This document shows, one piece after another, positions 13,604-25,152 of a DNA stretch of 64,000 nucleotides. A model generated the notes under the pieces. It did no database searches. It was given only the letters and a program-made list of their open reading frames with translations, and had not been told where the DNA came from. How positions within the stretch are numbered: the stretch's first letter is position 1; every line of letters begins with the position of its first letter. A program made the position numbers and the translations under genes. The stretch lies in assembly GCF_001194135.2 (NCBI RefSeq), contig NC_069002.1, positions 27,770,646-27,834,645 on the forward strand, in the 5' to 3' direction. Origin of the DNA: Octopus bimaculoides. Its lineage: Eukaryota.

Positions 13604-13870
13604 CGTCATTTAACGTCCGCTTTCCATGCTAGCATGGGTTGGACGATTTGACTGAGGACTGGTGAAACCGGATGGCAACACCAGGCTCCAATCCAATTTG
13701 GCAGAGTTTCTACAGCTGGATGCCCTTCCTAACGCCAACCACTCAGAGAGTGTAGTGGGTGCTTTTACGTGTCACCCGCACGAAAACGGCCACGCTCGAA
13801 ATGGTGTCTTTTATGTGCCACCCACACAAGAGCCAGTCCAGGGGCACTGGCAACGATCTCGCTCAAATTT
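13604..13870 (-). mobile_element. Young RTE-tail element (family C) with (GAT)n tail; copies at 16921-17080, 18975-19128, 24360-24500, 28730-28930, 49310-49760, 56175-56407, 57330-57650, 60860-61055
   Basis: TTAGGAAGGGCATCCAGCTGTAGAAACT..CCAACCCATGCTAGCATGGAAAGCGGACGTTAAACGATGATG shared by all copies. Confidence 0.88.
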
Positions 13871-14088
13871 TCTAATTAACTTAACCAAAACAATTAAGAA
13901 ATGAAAATTAATAAGCTGTCAATTTACTTCTAAAAGATCTACATCATTTAACCAGTGACTATCAGTCTGGGGACAAGGAAGTGAAGGAAGTATTAACTAC
14001 AAAATGCACTTTTAGCAAAATAATAAATATTCCGTGTGACTTTATTGCCACTATTTGTTAACATTTACACAAAATGAGGAAAACTTAC

Positions 14089-14332
14089 AGTTTTTTGAAC
14101 AATGGTCATTCCACAATTGTCTAGTTCTTCATCTTTGTTTGCAGGATTTTTCATAGGAACTGCACTAGCAAGGTTAACGATGGTGTTTGATATTGCCACA
14201 ACAATTGAACTGTAAAGGCAACCTAAAGTGACGATGGTGATTTTTTCGAGTTGCCGTGGAGTTAATGGCTCCAGCACTGGTAGACTAAAGGCTCGCCATA
14301 CAATTAGCACATCATTTAGCAGGGATGGATAG
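14089..14332 (-). CDS. UBR4: UBR4 coding exon 6
   Basis: tttcag| (S)YPSLLNDVLIVWRAFSLPVLEPLTPRQLEKITIVTLGCLYSS...DNCGMTIVQKT |gtaagt; human LSLPVLEPLNPSRLQDVTVLSLSCLY..TIVQKC; phase 2 to 0. Confidence 0.96.
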
Positions 14333-14432
14333 CTGAAAAAGATAGCATAAAATCAAGAAGGGTTTCTTTTTTTTTTTCAGTAATTTTTTTTTAACTCTCT
14401 AGCATTTAACCCTTTAGTATTCACATTACTCT

Positions 14433-14839
14433 TTTACTTTTTTTTTTTTTTTACTTGTTTCAGTCATTTGACTGCGGCCATGCTGGAGCACCGCCTTTAG
14501 TCGAGCAAATCGACCCCAGGACTTATTCTTTGTAAGCCTAGTACTTATTCTATCGGTCACTTTTGCCAAACCGCTAAGTTACGGGGACATAAACACACCA
14601 GCATCGGTTGTCAAGCAATGGTGGGGGGACAAACACATTCATACAAACACACATACATATATATACACATATATACGACGGGCTTCTTTCAGTTTCCGTC
14701 TACCAAATCCACTTACAAGGCTTTGGTCAACCCGAGGCTAGCGCAGAAGACACTTGCCCAAGGTGCCACACAGTGGGACTGAACCCGGAACCCTGTGGTT
14801 GGTAAGCAAGCTACTTACCACACAGCCACTCCTGCGCCT
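14433..14839 (-). mobile_element. SINE family A, full length, nested in a MITE
   Basis: Reverse complement of the 30044 copy. Confidence 0.9.
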
Positions 14840-14861
14840 GTTGAAAGTAATGCTTATTTAT

Positions 14862-15458
14862 TACCTCCACCTTAGCAAAGATGGAGGTATTGTTTTCAGT
14901 AGTGTTTGTTTGTCTGTGGACAAAATATCTCAAGAACCACTGGATGAACTTGAACGAAACTTTCAGGGATGTTTGGCCTCATGACTAACACAAACTGATT
15001 AGATTTTGGGATCGATATGGTACCAGACAAGGATTCTGGATTATTTTTCCTGTTTTTTTTTTTTACTTAATTTTCGAGAGCGGTCAGGTTCATTTTTAGT
15101 ATTCTAGTTTGTGAGAGCAATCAAGTTTATTTCAAATATTGTCATTTTCTTTTTTTTTCCCCTACTCTAGGCACAATGCCCAAAATTTTTCGGGAGGAGA
15201 CCAGTCGATTAGATTGACTCCAATACATAACTGGTACTTAATTTATCGACCCTGAAAGGATGAAAGGTAAAGTTAATCTTGGCAGAATTTGAGCTCAGAA
15301 CGTAAAGACAGACGAAATACCGCTAAGCATTTCACCCAGCATGCTAACATTTCTGCGAGCTTACCGCCTTCAGATATTTAAAAAATCCTCTCTGACTAAT
15401 CGTTCAGAGGACGTTGGTGTTGCCTTGGTGGAGGTTTGCACTCTCTGGGTGCTCTTGT
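14862..15458 (+). mobile_element. Helentron-associated non-autonomous element (HINE-like)
   Basis: 5' hairpin TACCTCCA..TGGAGGTA, sub-TIR ACCTCCACC / GGTGGAGGT, 3' palindrome GCAC..GTGC, inserted between two Ts of a MITE. Confidence 0.65.
15165..15370 (-). mobile_element. SINE family D; other copies near 2380-2560, 16560-16760, 17150-17360, 27900-28090, 52200-52560
   Basis: Shared GTTCTGAGTTCAAATT and CCTTTCATCCTTTCGGGGTCGATAAATTAAGTACCAG domain across copies. Confidence 0.8.
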
Positions 15459-15931
15459 TCACATTATTTTGAATTAATCATGCATTATCTTGTAGCTTTG
15501 AAATTTTGATGGGGCAACTATTAGTTTTTAGAAGGATTTTGTAAGGCTGGTGTAAGAGGTTAGATCTGGACATTTGAACATAAAAACAAGTTGAATATTT
15601 TGGCCAGATATGGTTGGTTTAAATGCTAAAGGGTTAAACTGGCCATATCCAGCCAAGATATTCTACTGGTTTTATGTTCAAACTGACTAGATCCAGCCTT
15701 TCCCACCTACCCTGCAATCTCATTTTAAGAATGAAACAATCACATAATTGAAATCTTGAAGCTACAAGATGATTGATTAATTCAAAACAATGCACTGTCT
15801 GTTTTGGCATGGATTTTACAGCCGGATACTCTTCCTGACGCCAACCACTTCACAGAGTGGACTGGGTGCTTTTAACGTGGCACCAGCACTGGATGTTGAA
15901 ATAAACCGAATATAAAAGAATGTGCACCTAC

Positions 15932-16313
15932 CTATTTCTAGCTGTAAGAGCTTCAGATAATGTGAGAGGTAGGACAAAGGAAGTGCTACTGATAGCCTCC
16001 CTACACCGGTGAATATAACGGGCAAGTAGTGGTAGATGAGAGCAAACATCCACAAGTATTTCACTACCATTGAGTTGAAGAAGGTTGGACAGGTTTTTTT
16101 TGGCAAATAATAGCTGCACTTCTTCCAGAGAATCTGCAACATGGACAATAGTGGTGTCACCATCAGAATTTAGAGTCTCAACGGGAACCTCAGACTTTGA
16201 AATGTGACTTGAAAATGGGGTTACTTCCTCGAGGACAGAGGTTAATTGGTCAAAAATATTCTGTCCAAAATCTAGCCTGGGTCTCTTGCTTTCTTTTGGT
16301 TCAGGTTCTTCTT
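15932..16313 (-). CDS. UBR4: UBR4 coding exon 5
   Basis: 382-nt open exon, ctttcag| EEEPEPKESKRPRLDFGQNIFDQLTSV...LLQLNGSEILVDVCSHLPLLARYIHRCREAISSTSFVLPLTLSEALTARN |gtaggt; human LQELGGSEKLLRVCLNLPYFLRYINRF; phase 1 to 2. Confidence 0.93.
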
Positions 16314-17745
16314 CTGAAAGTAAAGAAAAGAAAAATTAAATAATGATTGAAACAAAGCAAGAACACGTGAAATGGAGATTGAGGTACAATTGACAGAATT
16401 AACCCCAGTAAATGACTGGTACTTATTTTATCAAACAGAAAATATTATTATTATTACTACTATCATTAGGTGTGAGGGCGCAGGGCCTAGCAGTTAACAA
16501 ATCATTTGTGCAGGTCATTCGGCAAAAAGGCTGAACTCTCATCTTCAATGGGAGAGTCCATTATTATTATTAGGGCAGCACGTCAGGCAAAATACTTAGC
16601 ATTTTGTTTTACATTCTGAGTTCAAATACCACAGAGGTCTACTTTGCCTGTCGTTCTTTTGGGGTTGATGAAATAAGTATCAAAGGAGCACTGGGGTCAA
16701 GGTAATCAACTGGACCTCTTCCCAAAAATTTCTAGCCTTGTGCCTATAGGAGAAAGAGGTCATGGTTTCAATTCCTAGACCAGGTGTTGTGTTGTGTTCT
16801 TGAGGGAAACTCTTCATCTCATGTTGCTCTGCAATCACTTCAGTACCTAACATGTGGTACACCATGCACTGTAGACTTAATGAAGGGAGTGAGCTAACGT
16901 ACGGCACAGGCATTTGATCATCATCATCATCATCATCATCGTTTAACGTCCGCCTTCCATGCTAGCATGGGTTGGACGATTTGACTGAGGACTGGTGAAA
17001 CCGGATGGCAACACCAGGCTCCAATCTGATTTGGCAGAGTTTCTACAGCTGGATGCCCTTCCTAACGCCAACCACTCAGAGAGGTCGTTCATCAAAAGCT
17101 GGACACTCATACATCGCCTTCAACAGGAGAGTCCATCATCATCATCATTAAAGGTAGCAGGCTGGGAAAACCGTTAGCATACTAGATGAAATGCTTAGCG
17201 ACATTTCATCATTCGTTCTGTTCCAAGTGCAAATTCTAAGGTAGACTTTGTCTTTCATCCTTTCGGGATCAATAAAGTATGTACAAGTTGAACACTGAGA
17301 TTGAAGTAATCAACTTACCCCTACCCCTAACATTGCTGGCCTTGTGTCAATATTTGAAACTATTATCATTATTATTGTTATGGCAGCCAGCTGGCAGAAT
17401 CATTAGGCAAAAATTTTAAAGAATAATAATTATTATTATCATTATCTTGATGTTGTATCTCAAAAACTGTTATCTTTATCATCATTTTACGTCCATTTCC
17501 CAAGCTGGCATGGGTTGGACAGTTTGACAGGAGATGGCAAGCCGGAGAGCTGCACCAGGCTCCAATTGTCTGTTTTGGCAAGGTTTCTATGGCTGGATGC
17601 CTTTCCTAATGCCAACTGCTTTAAAGAGTGTACTGGGTGCTTTTTACATGGAACCAGCACAGGTGCTTTTTGATGGAAAGAGTGACCTAACGTGCAGCAC
17701 AAACATTCAATGACAATAAATCATCTGCACAGGTTGTCCCAGCAT

Positions 17746-17999
17746 TGATGCTTTTTACGTGGCACCAGAGCGGGTGCTTTTTAAGCGGCACCAGAGCGGG
17801 TGCTTTTTACGTGGCACCAGAGTGGGTGCTTTTTACGTGGCACCAGAGCGGGTGCTTTTTACGCGGCACCAGAGCGGCTGCTTTTTACGCGGCACCACAG
17901 TGGGTGCTTTTTACGCAGCACCAACACAGGTTTTTTTTATGTAGAACCAGCACAGGTGCTTTTTGTGTAGAACCAACACAGGTGCGTTTTACATGGCAC
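17746..17999. repeat. 26-bp tandem minisatellite, about 10 units
   Basis: Unit GGTGCTTTTTACGTGGCACCAGAGCG; GGCACC recurs at 17761, 17787 and 17813. Confidence 0.92.
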
Positions 18000-18358
18000 C
18001 AATATTTGTGACACTTTGTAACACTTAAAATCACCTCTTAATCTACATTATTTACCACTAGAAAGTGTATTCAACAAATAACACTTCAAGAAAAACATGA
18101 AAATACATAATTTAATGTAACAGAAATGACTAAGGAATATTTCTTCTTTGTAAATGTGATGTAGGGTAATAATATAAGCAAGAATCATTGAGGAACCTAA
18201 AGAAGAACAAGCTATGAAGTAAAACTATTCAGATGACTTAAGAATAAGAAATAAAAATGATAGAATATTTCTTATTCCAATGCTTTGTGATGAAACACTA
18301 CTCAAAAAAATAACTACCAAAAAATTTAGTAATTTTGGAGATAAACAGATGCACAAAC

Positions 18359-18488
18359 CTGAAGAAGATTCTGTGATGTGATCAGGGGTTGTTGCTGACT
18401 TGAGAAGTGCTGTGAATGTCACAATGTCTTGTTTGAGGAGGCTACCTGTGCCTTCACACAAACCTTTGATTAAGATCATGATATATTT
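18359..18488 (-). CDS. UBR4: UBR4 coding exon 4
   Basis: attccag| KYIMILIKGLCEGTGSLLKQDIVTFTALLKSATTPDHITESSS |gtttgt; human KHLILLIKGLCTG..EIITFTAMMKSA; phase 0 to 1. Confidence 0.95.
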
Positions 18489-20099
18489 CTGGAATAGAAC
18501 GAAATAGAGATTTATTTATTTTTTTCATATTTCCACTTTTAATGTTGGAAAAATTAAATATTCTAAATGTTTCTTAAGATTCATAGATTAATCAAGTTTA
18601 CTGTATTTCTTACACCTTTTAAATTTCATCAAATTAAAAAGGTCTTTATATGTATATAGCAATGTTACATTTACAAATAATGGTAAGACAGAACGAAGTG
18701 CAACTGATGCTTTACCTAACACAAATAAGATGGAGGTAACAGCAACAAAAGAGAGGGCAATTTCAAGAGTGAGCAATGTTCAATATAGAATTGCTTTTAT
18801 CATTCAACATCCATTTTCCATGCCAGCATGGGTTAGACGGTTTGACAGGAGCTAATAAGCTGGATAGCTGTCCAGGCTGGCTCCAATTATCTATTTTGGC
18901 ATGGTCTCTACATCTGGATGCTCTTCATAATACCAACCACTTTATACAGTATGCTGGGTGCTTTATATATATATGGCGTTAGGAAGGGCATCCAGCTGTA
19001 GAAACTCTGCCAAATCAGACTGGAGCCTGGTGTTGCCATCCGGTTTCACCAGTCCTCAGTCAAATCGTCCAACCCATGCTAGCATGGAAAGCGGACGTTA
19101 AACGATGATGATGATGATGATGATGATGCTATATATATATATATATATATAAGTTTAGTAAATGGAGTAAAACGCATATCGTTTAACGTCCGCTTTCCAT
19201 GCTGTGTTAACTGAATACTTTTATTTCCAACATATGTTTCGAAGATTACAAATTACACCTTCCATAGGAATAGGTCATGTTGATAAGAATGCACACACAC
19301 GCAGATGTTTACATTCTGCATCTTCACATGAAAGTGCTGAACACAAAAAAAATGTAACATTTTGTTGGTATTTCCTGTTAAATTGTTCTATGATTGCTCT
19401 ACAATTTTGTAAACAAATGGAATGAAAAATTCATATCTTGGAAAACAAATAAGGGTTAACAACAGGAAATGTATCCAGCTGTAAAACATTATCTAAAATA
19501 CGTATTCATCCAACCCATGCTAACATGGAAAAATGGATGCAAAACCAATGAATGATACAAACACACATACACATATAGGAAGAGTTCAATTTTTAAAAAG
19601 ATAACATAAATACATACACACACACACACACACACGCACATGCATATCTACATATACATGTCTGTGTGCATAGGTATATATGTGCACATATACACATATT
19701 CATGTGCATGTATGTCTATCTTCTTTCACTCGTTAGACTGCAGCCATGCTGGGTCACCACCTTGAGGGATTTAGTCAAACAAATAGACACCAGTACTTAT
19801 TATTTTTTAAAATCTGATACTTATTTTATTTGTCTCCTTAGCCAAACCACTAAATTACAGGGATGTAAACAAACCAACGCCAGTTGTCAAGTAATGGAGG
19901 GACAAACACAAACATATATTTTTTTCTGTCTCTCTATATCTAGTTGTCCTTGAATGTTTGAGGATCTGGGGAAATGGCAGTCTACATGAGCGATAAGATT
20001 TAATTTGTGTAGCTGGTAATGTGTAACAGTTTGCCTGCAGGCAAACTGCCCTACAAACCTTTTTAATTACTGAATTGCCCCCCATCCACTCACCCAGTT

Positions 20100-23000
20100 C
20101 CATACTTGCTCTTTCCACCCCATCCACATCCTTACAGCAGCCATAGTCAATATAGGTCTAGTGAGATTGTTGAAATGCGAGAATGGAAGTGTGTAAATGT
20201 GTACTGCATGCAAAAAGATGGAGGAGAAACTCAACCAGACTCCTTACAGGCAAATAACACACACACACAGAGATATACATATATAAAATCTTCTGCGAAG
20301 GCAATAATAGCGATAGGGTAGGGAGTGTGGACATACATTCAGCAGGGAAATAGGTGGATAAAAGTGATTGAGGTAGTCAGAGTGTGTGTTAGGACAGGGG
20401 TTTTCAAACTGTGGTCCGCAAGGACAAGACAGGGGGTCCGTAGACAGCAAATACTTTTTATGGGCAATTTGATTTTATATATGTTATTTAATCGAAATCT
20501 TTTAATTGACAATAAACCTATTTGTTAAATACTGTTAAATAAATAAATGTAAAAATATATGTTATTTTAAGCAAATATTTATGTATAAATTTCATAAGCG
20601 TTTATAAGGGGGTTCTAAGGTAAAGCCTGAAATATAAAGGGGTCCGCAAGTCAAAAAGTTTGAAAACCCCTGTGTTAGGATATTTAGACTTGTCTTGGAA
20701 AATACAATAGCAACTATCATTTCTGCCTATGCGCCTCAATTGGGGCTGTCGGATAAATAAAAGGATTGATCTTATAAAGCTTTTTTGCAGACTACTTTAT
20801 CTTCATGACAGTAACCTTATCTTCATGGTTGATGACCTCAAAGGACATGTTGAGCAGCATCTTGGTGGCTTTTGCAGTATGCGTGGAGGTTTTGGATTCG
20901 GTTCCCGAAATAAGGACAGAACAAGGCTCTTTGAGTTTTGTAATGCAAATGACCTAATGATCTGCAGCCCTAACTTCAAGAAACCAGCCAGTCATCTCAT
21001 CACGTATCAACGTGGTGGTGAGACAAGCCAGATTGACTACATTCTTACCAGAAACCAGGATAGACAGATACTCATAAATGCAAAGTCCTTCCCAGGTGAA
21101 GAATGTACTGCCCAACATAGGTTAGTCATTAGTGACTTTAGACTTAGGGTAAGAAAGACCCAGAGAGTCTTTCTTACCAATTTGGAAAAAGGTATGGAAA
21201 CTCAAAAGATCCATTGAACAGTCAATGATTTAGAAAGGTTTTATCTGAAGCATTTGACACAGAGGAAGAGCTAGAGACTTATAACATAGAGCACAACTTG
21301 AAGATTTTAAGGAACAACCTACTGAAGACTGCAGAACAAGGATGATACAGTGGTGAAACAGTGAAGTAGAAAGAGATATAAAAGAAAAGAAACAGGCTTG
21401 GAAAGATTGGAAGCATAGGAGTAGCAGAGAACTAAAACAGGTGGCTGGGAAGAGAAGCTAGGTATACTTAACAAGAGGCATAAAGGAAGAGGTTTGCCAA
21501 GTCTTCTGGAAAGAGAGAAGTGTATCAGGATTGATGATGGTACATTTGCATTTAGTGGACATGGGAGTGCTACTAAATATGGAGAATGCATAAGAAAAGA
21601 AATCTTTCTAATGTAGACCCAACAAAAGGACCAGCTATCCTTGCTGAGAGCAGTATGATAAAAAAAGATCAATTAAAAATATGAAGACAGGGAAAACCTC
21701 TGGTCCATCAGGAATTACCTCCAAGATGCTTAAAATATCTGGCAGTTTAGGATACAGCCTAGTCACCTGTATAGATAATCAGTTTGTCCAGGAAGGTATC
21801 ACAGCCAAAGACTGGTGCAGCAGCATTATAATGAACCGTTACAAAGGTAAAGGAGATGCTTTAGACAGAAGTAACAACAGAAGTATCAAATTACTGGACC
21901 AGATCATGAAGTTTACAGAAAGAGCTTATAGCTCAACTAATTAGGAAGAGAGTCAGCCTAGATACGATGCAGTTTGGTTTTGTGCCAGAGAGAAGCAGTA
22001 CTGATGCTATCCTCCCAGTAAGGCAACTGCAAAAGAATTTAGCCAAAAATAAAATGTTGTACTTGGTATATGTTGGCATGGAAAAGCTTTTAACAGCATC
22101 CCTTGCTGCCTCATCTGGTGGTTGTTATGGAAGTTGGAGGTAGATGATGGTTGGTAAAAGCTGTCCAAGGTACATTCTAGGGGTGATGACAGTAAGGTGA
22201 AAGTTAACAACTATAGGAACAAATTAAGTGTGCATGTAGGAATTCACCAAGGCTTGGTTCTCAGTCCCCTCTTATTTATCATAGTCCTCCAGGTCATAAC
22301 AGAGGAGTTTAAGACTGGTTGCCCATGGGAACTCTTTCAATGTTGATGACCCATGTTCTTAGGACAGAAACTATTGTAAAATTAGGAAAAAATTCCAGGT
22401 TTAGAAGTAAAGCTGGAATCAAAGTTAACTTAGAAAAGAGTCCTAAGTTCTAGTAATCAGGAGAGCAGACAAATCACTAATCCCTGCAGAAAAATGGCCC
22501 TTCTTGCTATGTAGAAATTTCATATGGTGTATCCAGTGCAAACTGTGGACACACAAGAGTGCTACTGGAAAGTTAACAGATAAAGTAGACTGTGTGTGGC
22601 AGATGCACAGGAGCAATGAACACTAAGAACACACAGGCCTTGGAATGAACACTAAGAACACACCCTCAAATATCCAACAGAAGATGATTGGTAATTTGCT
22701 CTGTTCAAGAGACCCATCCAAAGGAAATTGAGGCCCCAAAAGCATATCATTTGTGTTTATGCACCCTATCTCGATGTATCTCTCCCCTCCAACACATCTT
22801 CCTAACACTCACCCCCATCACTCAACTGACCCTAGCACTATTCACTGAGCTGCTGAAATTATGAGAGCAAAACTGCACAAATTTCTTCCCCCTGCCATTC
22901 ATGCTCCCTAAAACCCACTTCCTTTGTCTCCCACATTCGTAGTATCATCTCTCAGCATCTGATTTCCCAAGGAACTCCCATTTTCCTCCTGTATATTCCC

Positions 23001-23660
23001 CCCACCATTTTGCCAATGGCAACTCCCACACCATCTTTATTTCTCTCTCACCATTTCCACTCCTATGAACCTCTGACCCTGGCCCTCGCACTGGGCATCT
23101 CTCATATCCCACCCTCACACACACTTCGCATCATCTATGCTGCTACCTATTAACTCCTCAACCCACTCCTACCTCTCACCTCCCCCCCCCCCNNNNNNNN
23201 NNNNNNNNNNNNNNNNNNNNNNNNNNNNNNNNNNNNNNNNNNNNNNNNNNNGGTATTCAATCAGCCACACTCCTTTCACACTCTAGCAAACTTGCTTACT
23301 GACCCACTCACCCTATCCAATCCTCTTCCACCCCCACCCCCCAGTTCTCTTGCTATTCACCTCTCTGTTACTCGAGGGTATGACCTGACATCTCATCATC
23401 ACCTTCTTCCAGCCCCTCTATTTTACTTCTTATCACTAGGAATTAAGTCACCTCCCTCACTAACACACTCCCTCAGTTGCGAGTTACTTTGCAACCTCAC
23501 AAGTGGCAGTGCCGTAAAGTACCCAGTACACTCTGTGAAGCAGTCGGCATTAGGGAGGGCATCCAAATGTAGCAACTATACGAAAACAGATATTAGGGCT
23601 TGGCGCAGTCTTCTGGCTTACCAAATCATGCCAGTATGGAAAACAGAACATTAAATGATT
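20100..23660 (+). mobile_element. Decayed near-full-length RTE-clade LINE
   Basis: APE motifs GFGSRN..EFCNANDL..SQIDYILTR (20729-21217); RT motifs KTSGPSGI, YKGKGDALDR, QFGF, HQGLVLSPLLFIIVL; Cys-rich segment near 22500; RTE-type 3' tail. Confidence 0.88.
20395..20672. mobile_element. hAT-type MITE inserted in the RTE
   Basis: TIR CAGGGGTTTTCAAAC / GTTTGAAAACCCCTG with a perfect 8-bp TSD TGTTAGGA. Confidence 0.92.
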
Positions 23661-24575
23661 ACACACACATAACACATACGTGTGTGTGTGTGTGAGTGTG
23701 TGTGTGTGTCTTTTATTTTTTATTTATTTCAGTCGTTAGACAGTGGCTATGCTGGGGCACCACCTTCAAGAATTTTTTTTTTTTTTGTTAGTCGAATGGA
23801 TTGACGCCAGTACTTATGTTTTTTTAAAGCCTGGTACTTATTCTATCATTCTTTTTTGCTAAACTGCTAAGTTACAGGGATGTAAACACATCAACACCAG
23901 TTGTCAAGCAGTGGTGGGACACACACACACACACACACACGCGCGCGACAGACTTCTTTCAGTTTCCGTTTACCAAATCCACTTACAAGGCTTTGGCTGG
24001 CCTGAAGCTATAATAGAAGACACTTGCTCAAGGTACCACACACTGGACTGAACCTGGAACCATGTGATTGGAAAGCCTACACACACACATATACATAGTC
24101 CAACGCATACCAGTACAGAAGACAGGTGTTAAAAGATGACATACATGCAAGCTCACGCACACACACAAACAAACTTAAGGCACAGTGAAACCAAACTGGA
24201 AAAGCATAGAGTTGAGAAGCAAACTTTGTCCACTCTTCAAAAACATTTTGTTTCAGTCCAATACTACTATTTTGTATATGCATATCTGCTCCATCTACAC
24301 ACACAAAATCATCAATAGCCTAGCTAAGCTAACATAATTTCTTTATTTCAAATTTTTCTGGCATCCAGCTGTAGAAACTCTGCCAAATCAGATTGGAGCC
24401 TGGTGTCGCCTCCTGGTCCACCAGCCCTCAGTCAAATCGTCCAACCTATGCTAGCATGGAAAGCGGACGTTAAACAACAACAATGATGATGATGATGATA
24501 CAGATTTTTATTTGCATTCTTGCACACAACCAAAAAAAACAGAGTTTAAAAAATGCAAATTGCATCATATCTTAC

Positions 24576-24679
24576 CTGTGAAATAGTACAATTGGTACTG
24601 TGTTTTTGTAATCTGTTCACAAGGAAAGCCAATAAAACTTTTGTCGCAGATATGACACATGGTAAATTAACCTTTGTAA
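24576..24679 (-). CDS. UBR4: UBR4 coding exon 3
   Basis: gtttcag| (V)TKVNLPCVISATKVLLAFLVNRLQKHSTNCTISQ |gtaaga; aligns to human QLQSVAAACKVLIEFSLLRLE..CAVSQ; phase 1 to 0. Confidence 0.92.
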
Positions 24680-25109
24680 CTGAAACAAAAAAAACATGGA
24701 AAAGATCTTTCATATTTTCATAACACCAGATTTGTTAATATGAAATGTTTATCAATTTAAAACAAAAAAAAAAAACAACTAATAGAGACTCAAAATACAT
24801 TTCTCTGTCTACCATTGTGTAAGTTTATGACAGGAGGCGGAATGGTGACCTTGTTTGAACAATTGACTGTAAAAAATTATGTTGAATGATTCATATTATG
24901 AATGACGCAGCATAATATTCCATAGTCATTTGTATACCTAAAGGTGTGTGTGTGTGTGTGTAGAAGTACTGATCATTTAATGTAGATGGAACTTATGGCA
25001 GGAGAAGACCAAGGAAGACATGGGATGAAGTGGTGACGGCTGATCTCACAACTTTGAACTTCGCATACAAGTTGACAAAGGATCTGTCCACCTCAGTGAA
25101 ACAGATTCT

Positions 25110-25152
<43 letters not shown>

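Noticed and set aside
17746-17999. CRISPR-like array (palindromic repeats; also 3425-3770 and 49470-49762)
   Set aside because: The intervening sequences are homologous to one another rather than unique spacers, there are no cas genes, the context is a eukaryotic intron, and the motif belongs to retroelement family C.
19178-19203. Isolated 26-39 bp family C tail fragments (also 54655-54693)
   Set aside because: Abrupt, near-consensus snippets without TSDs next to microsatellites; probably gap-filling or misassembly residue.
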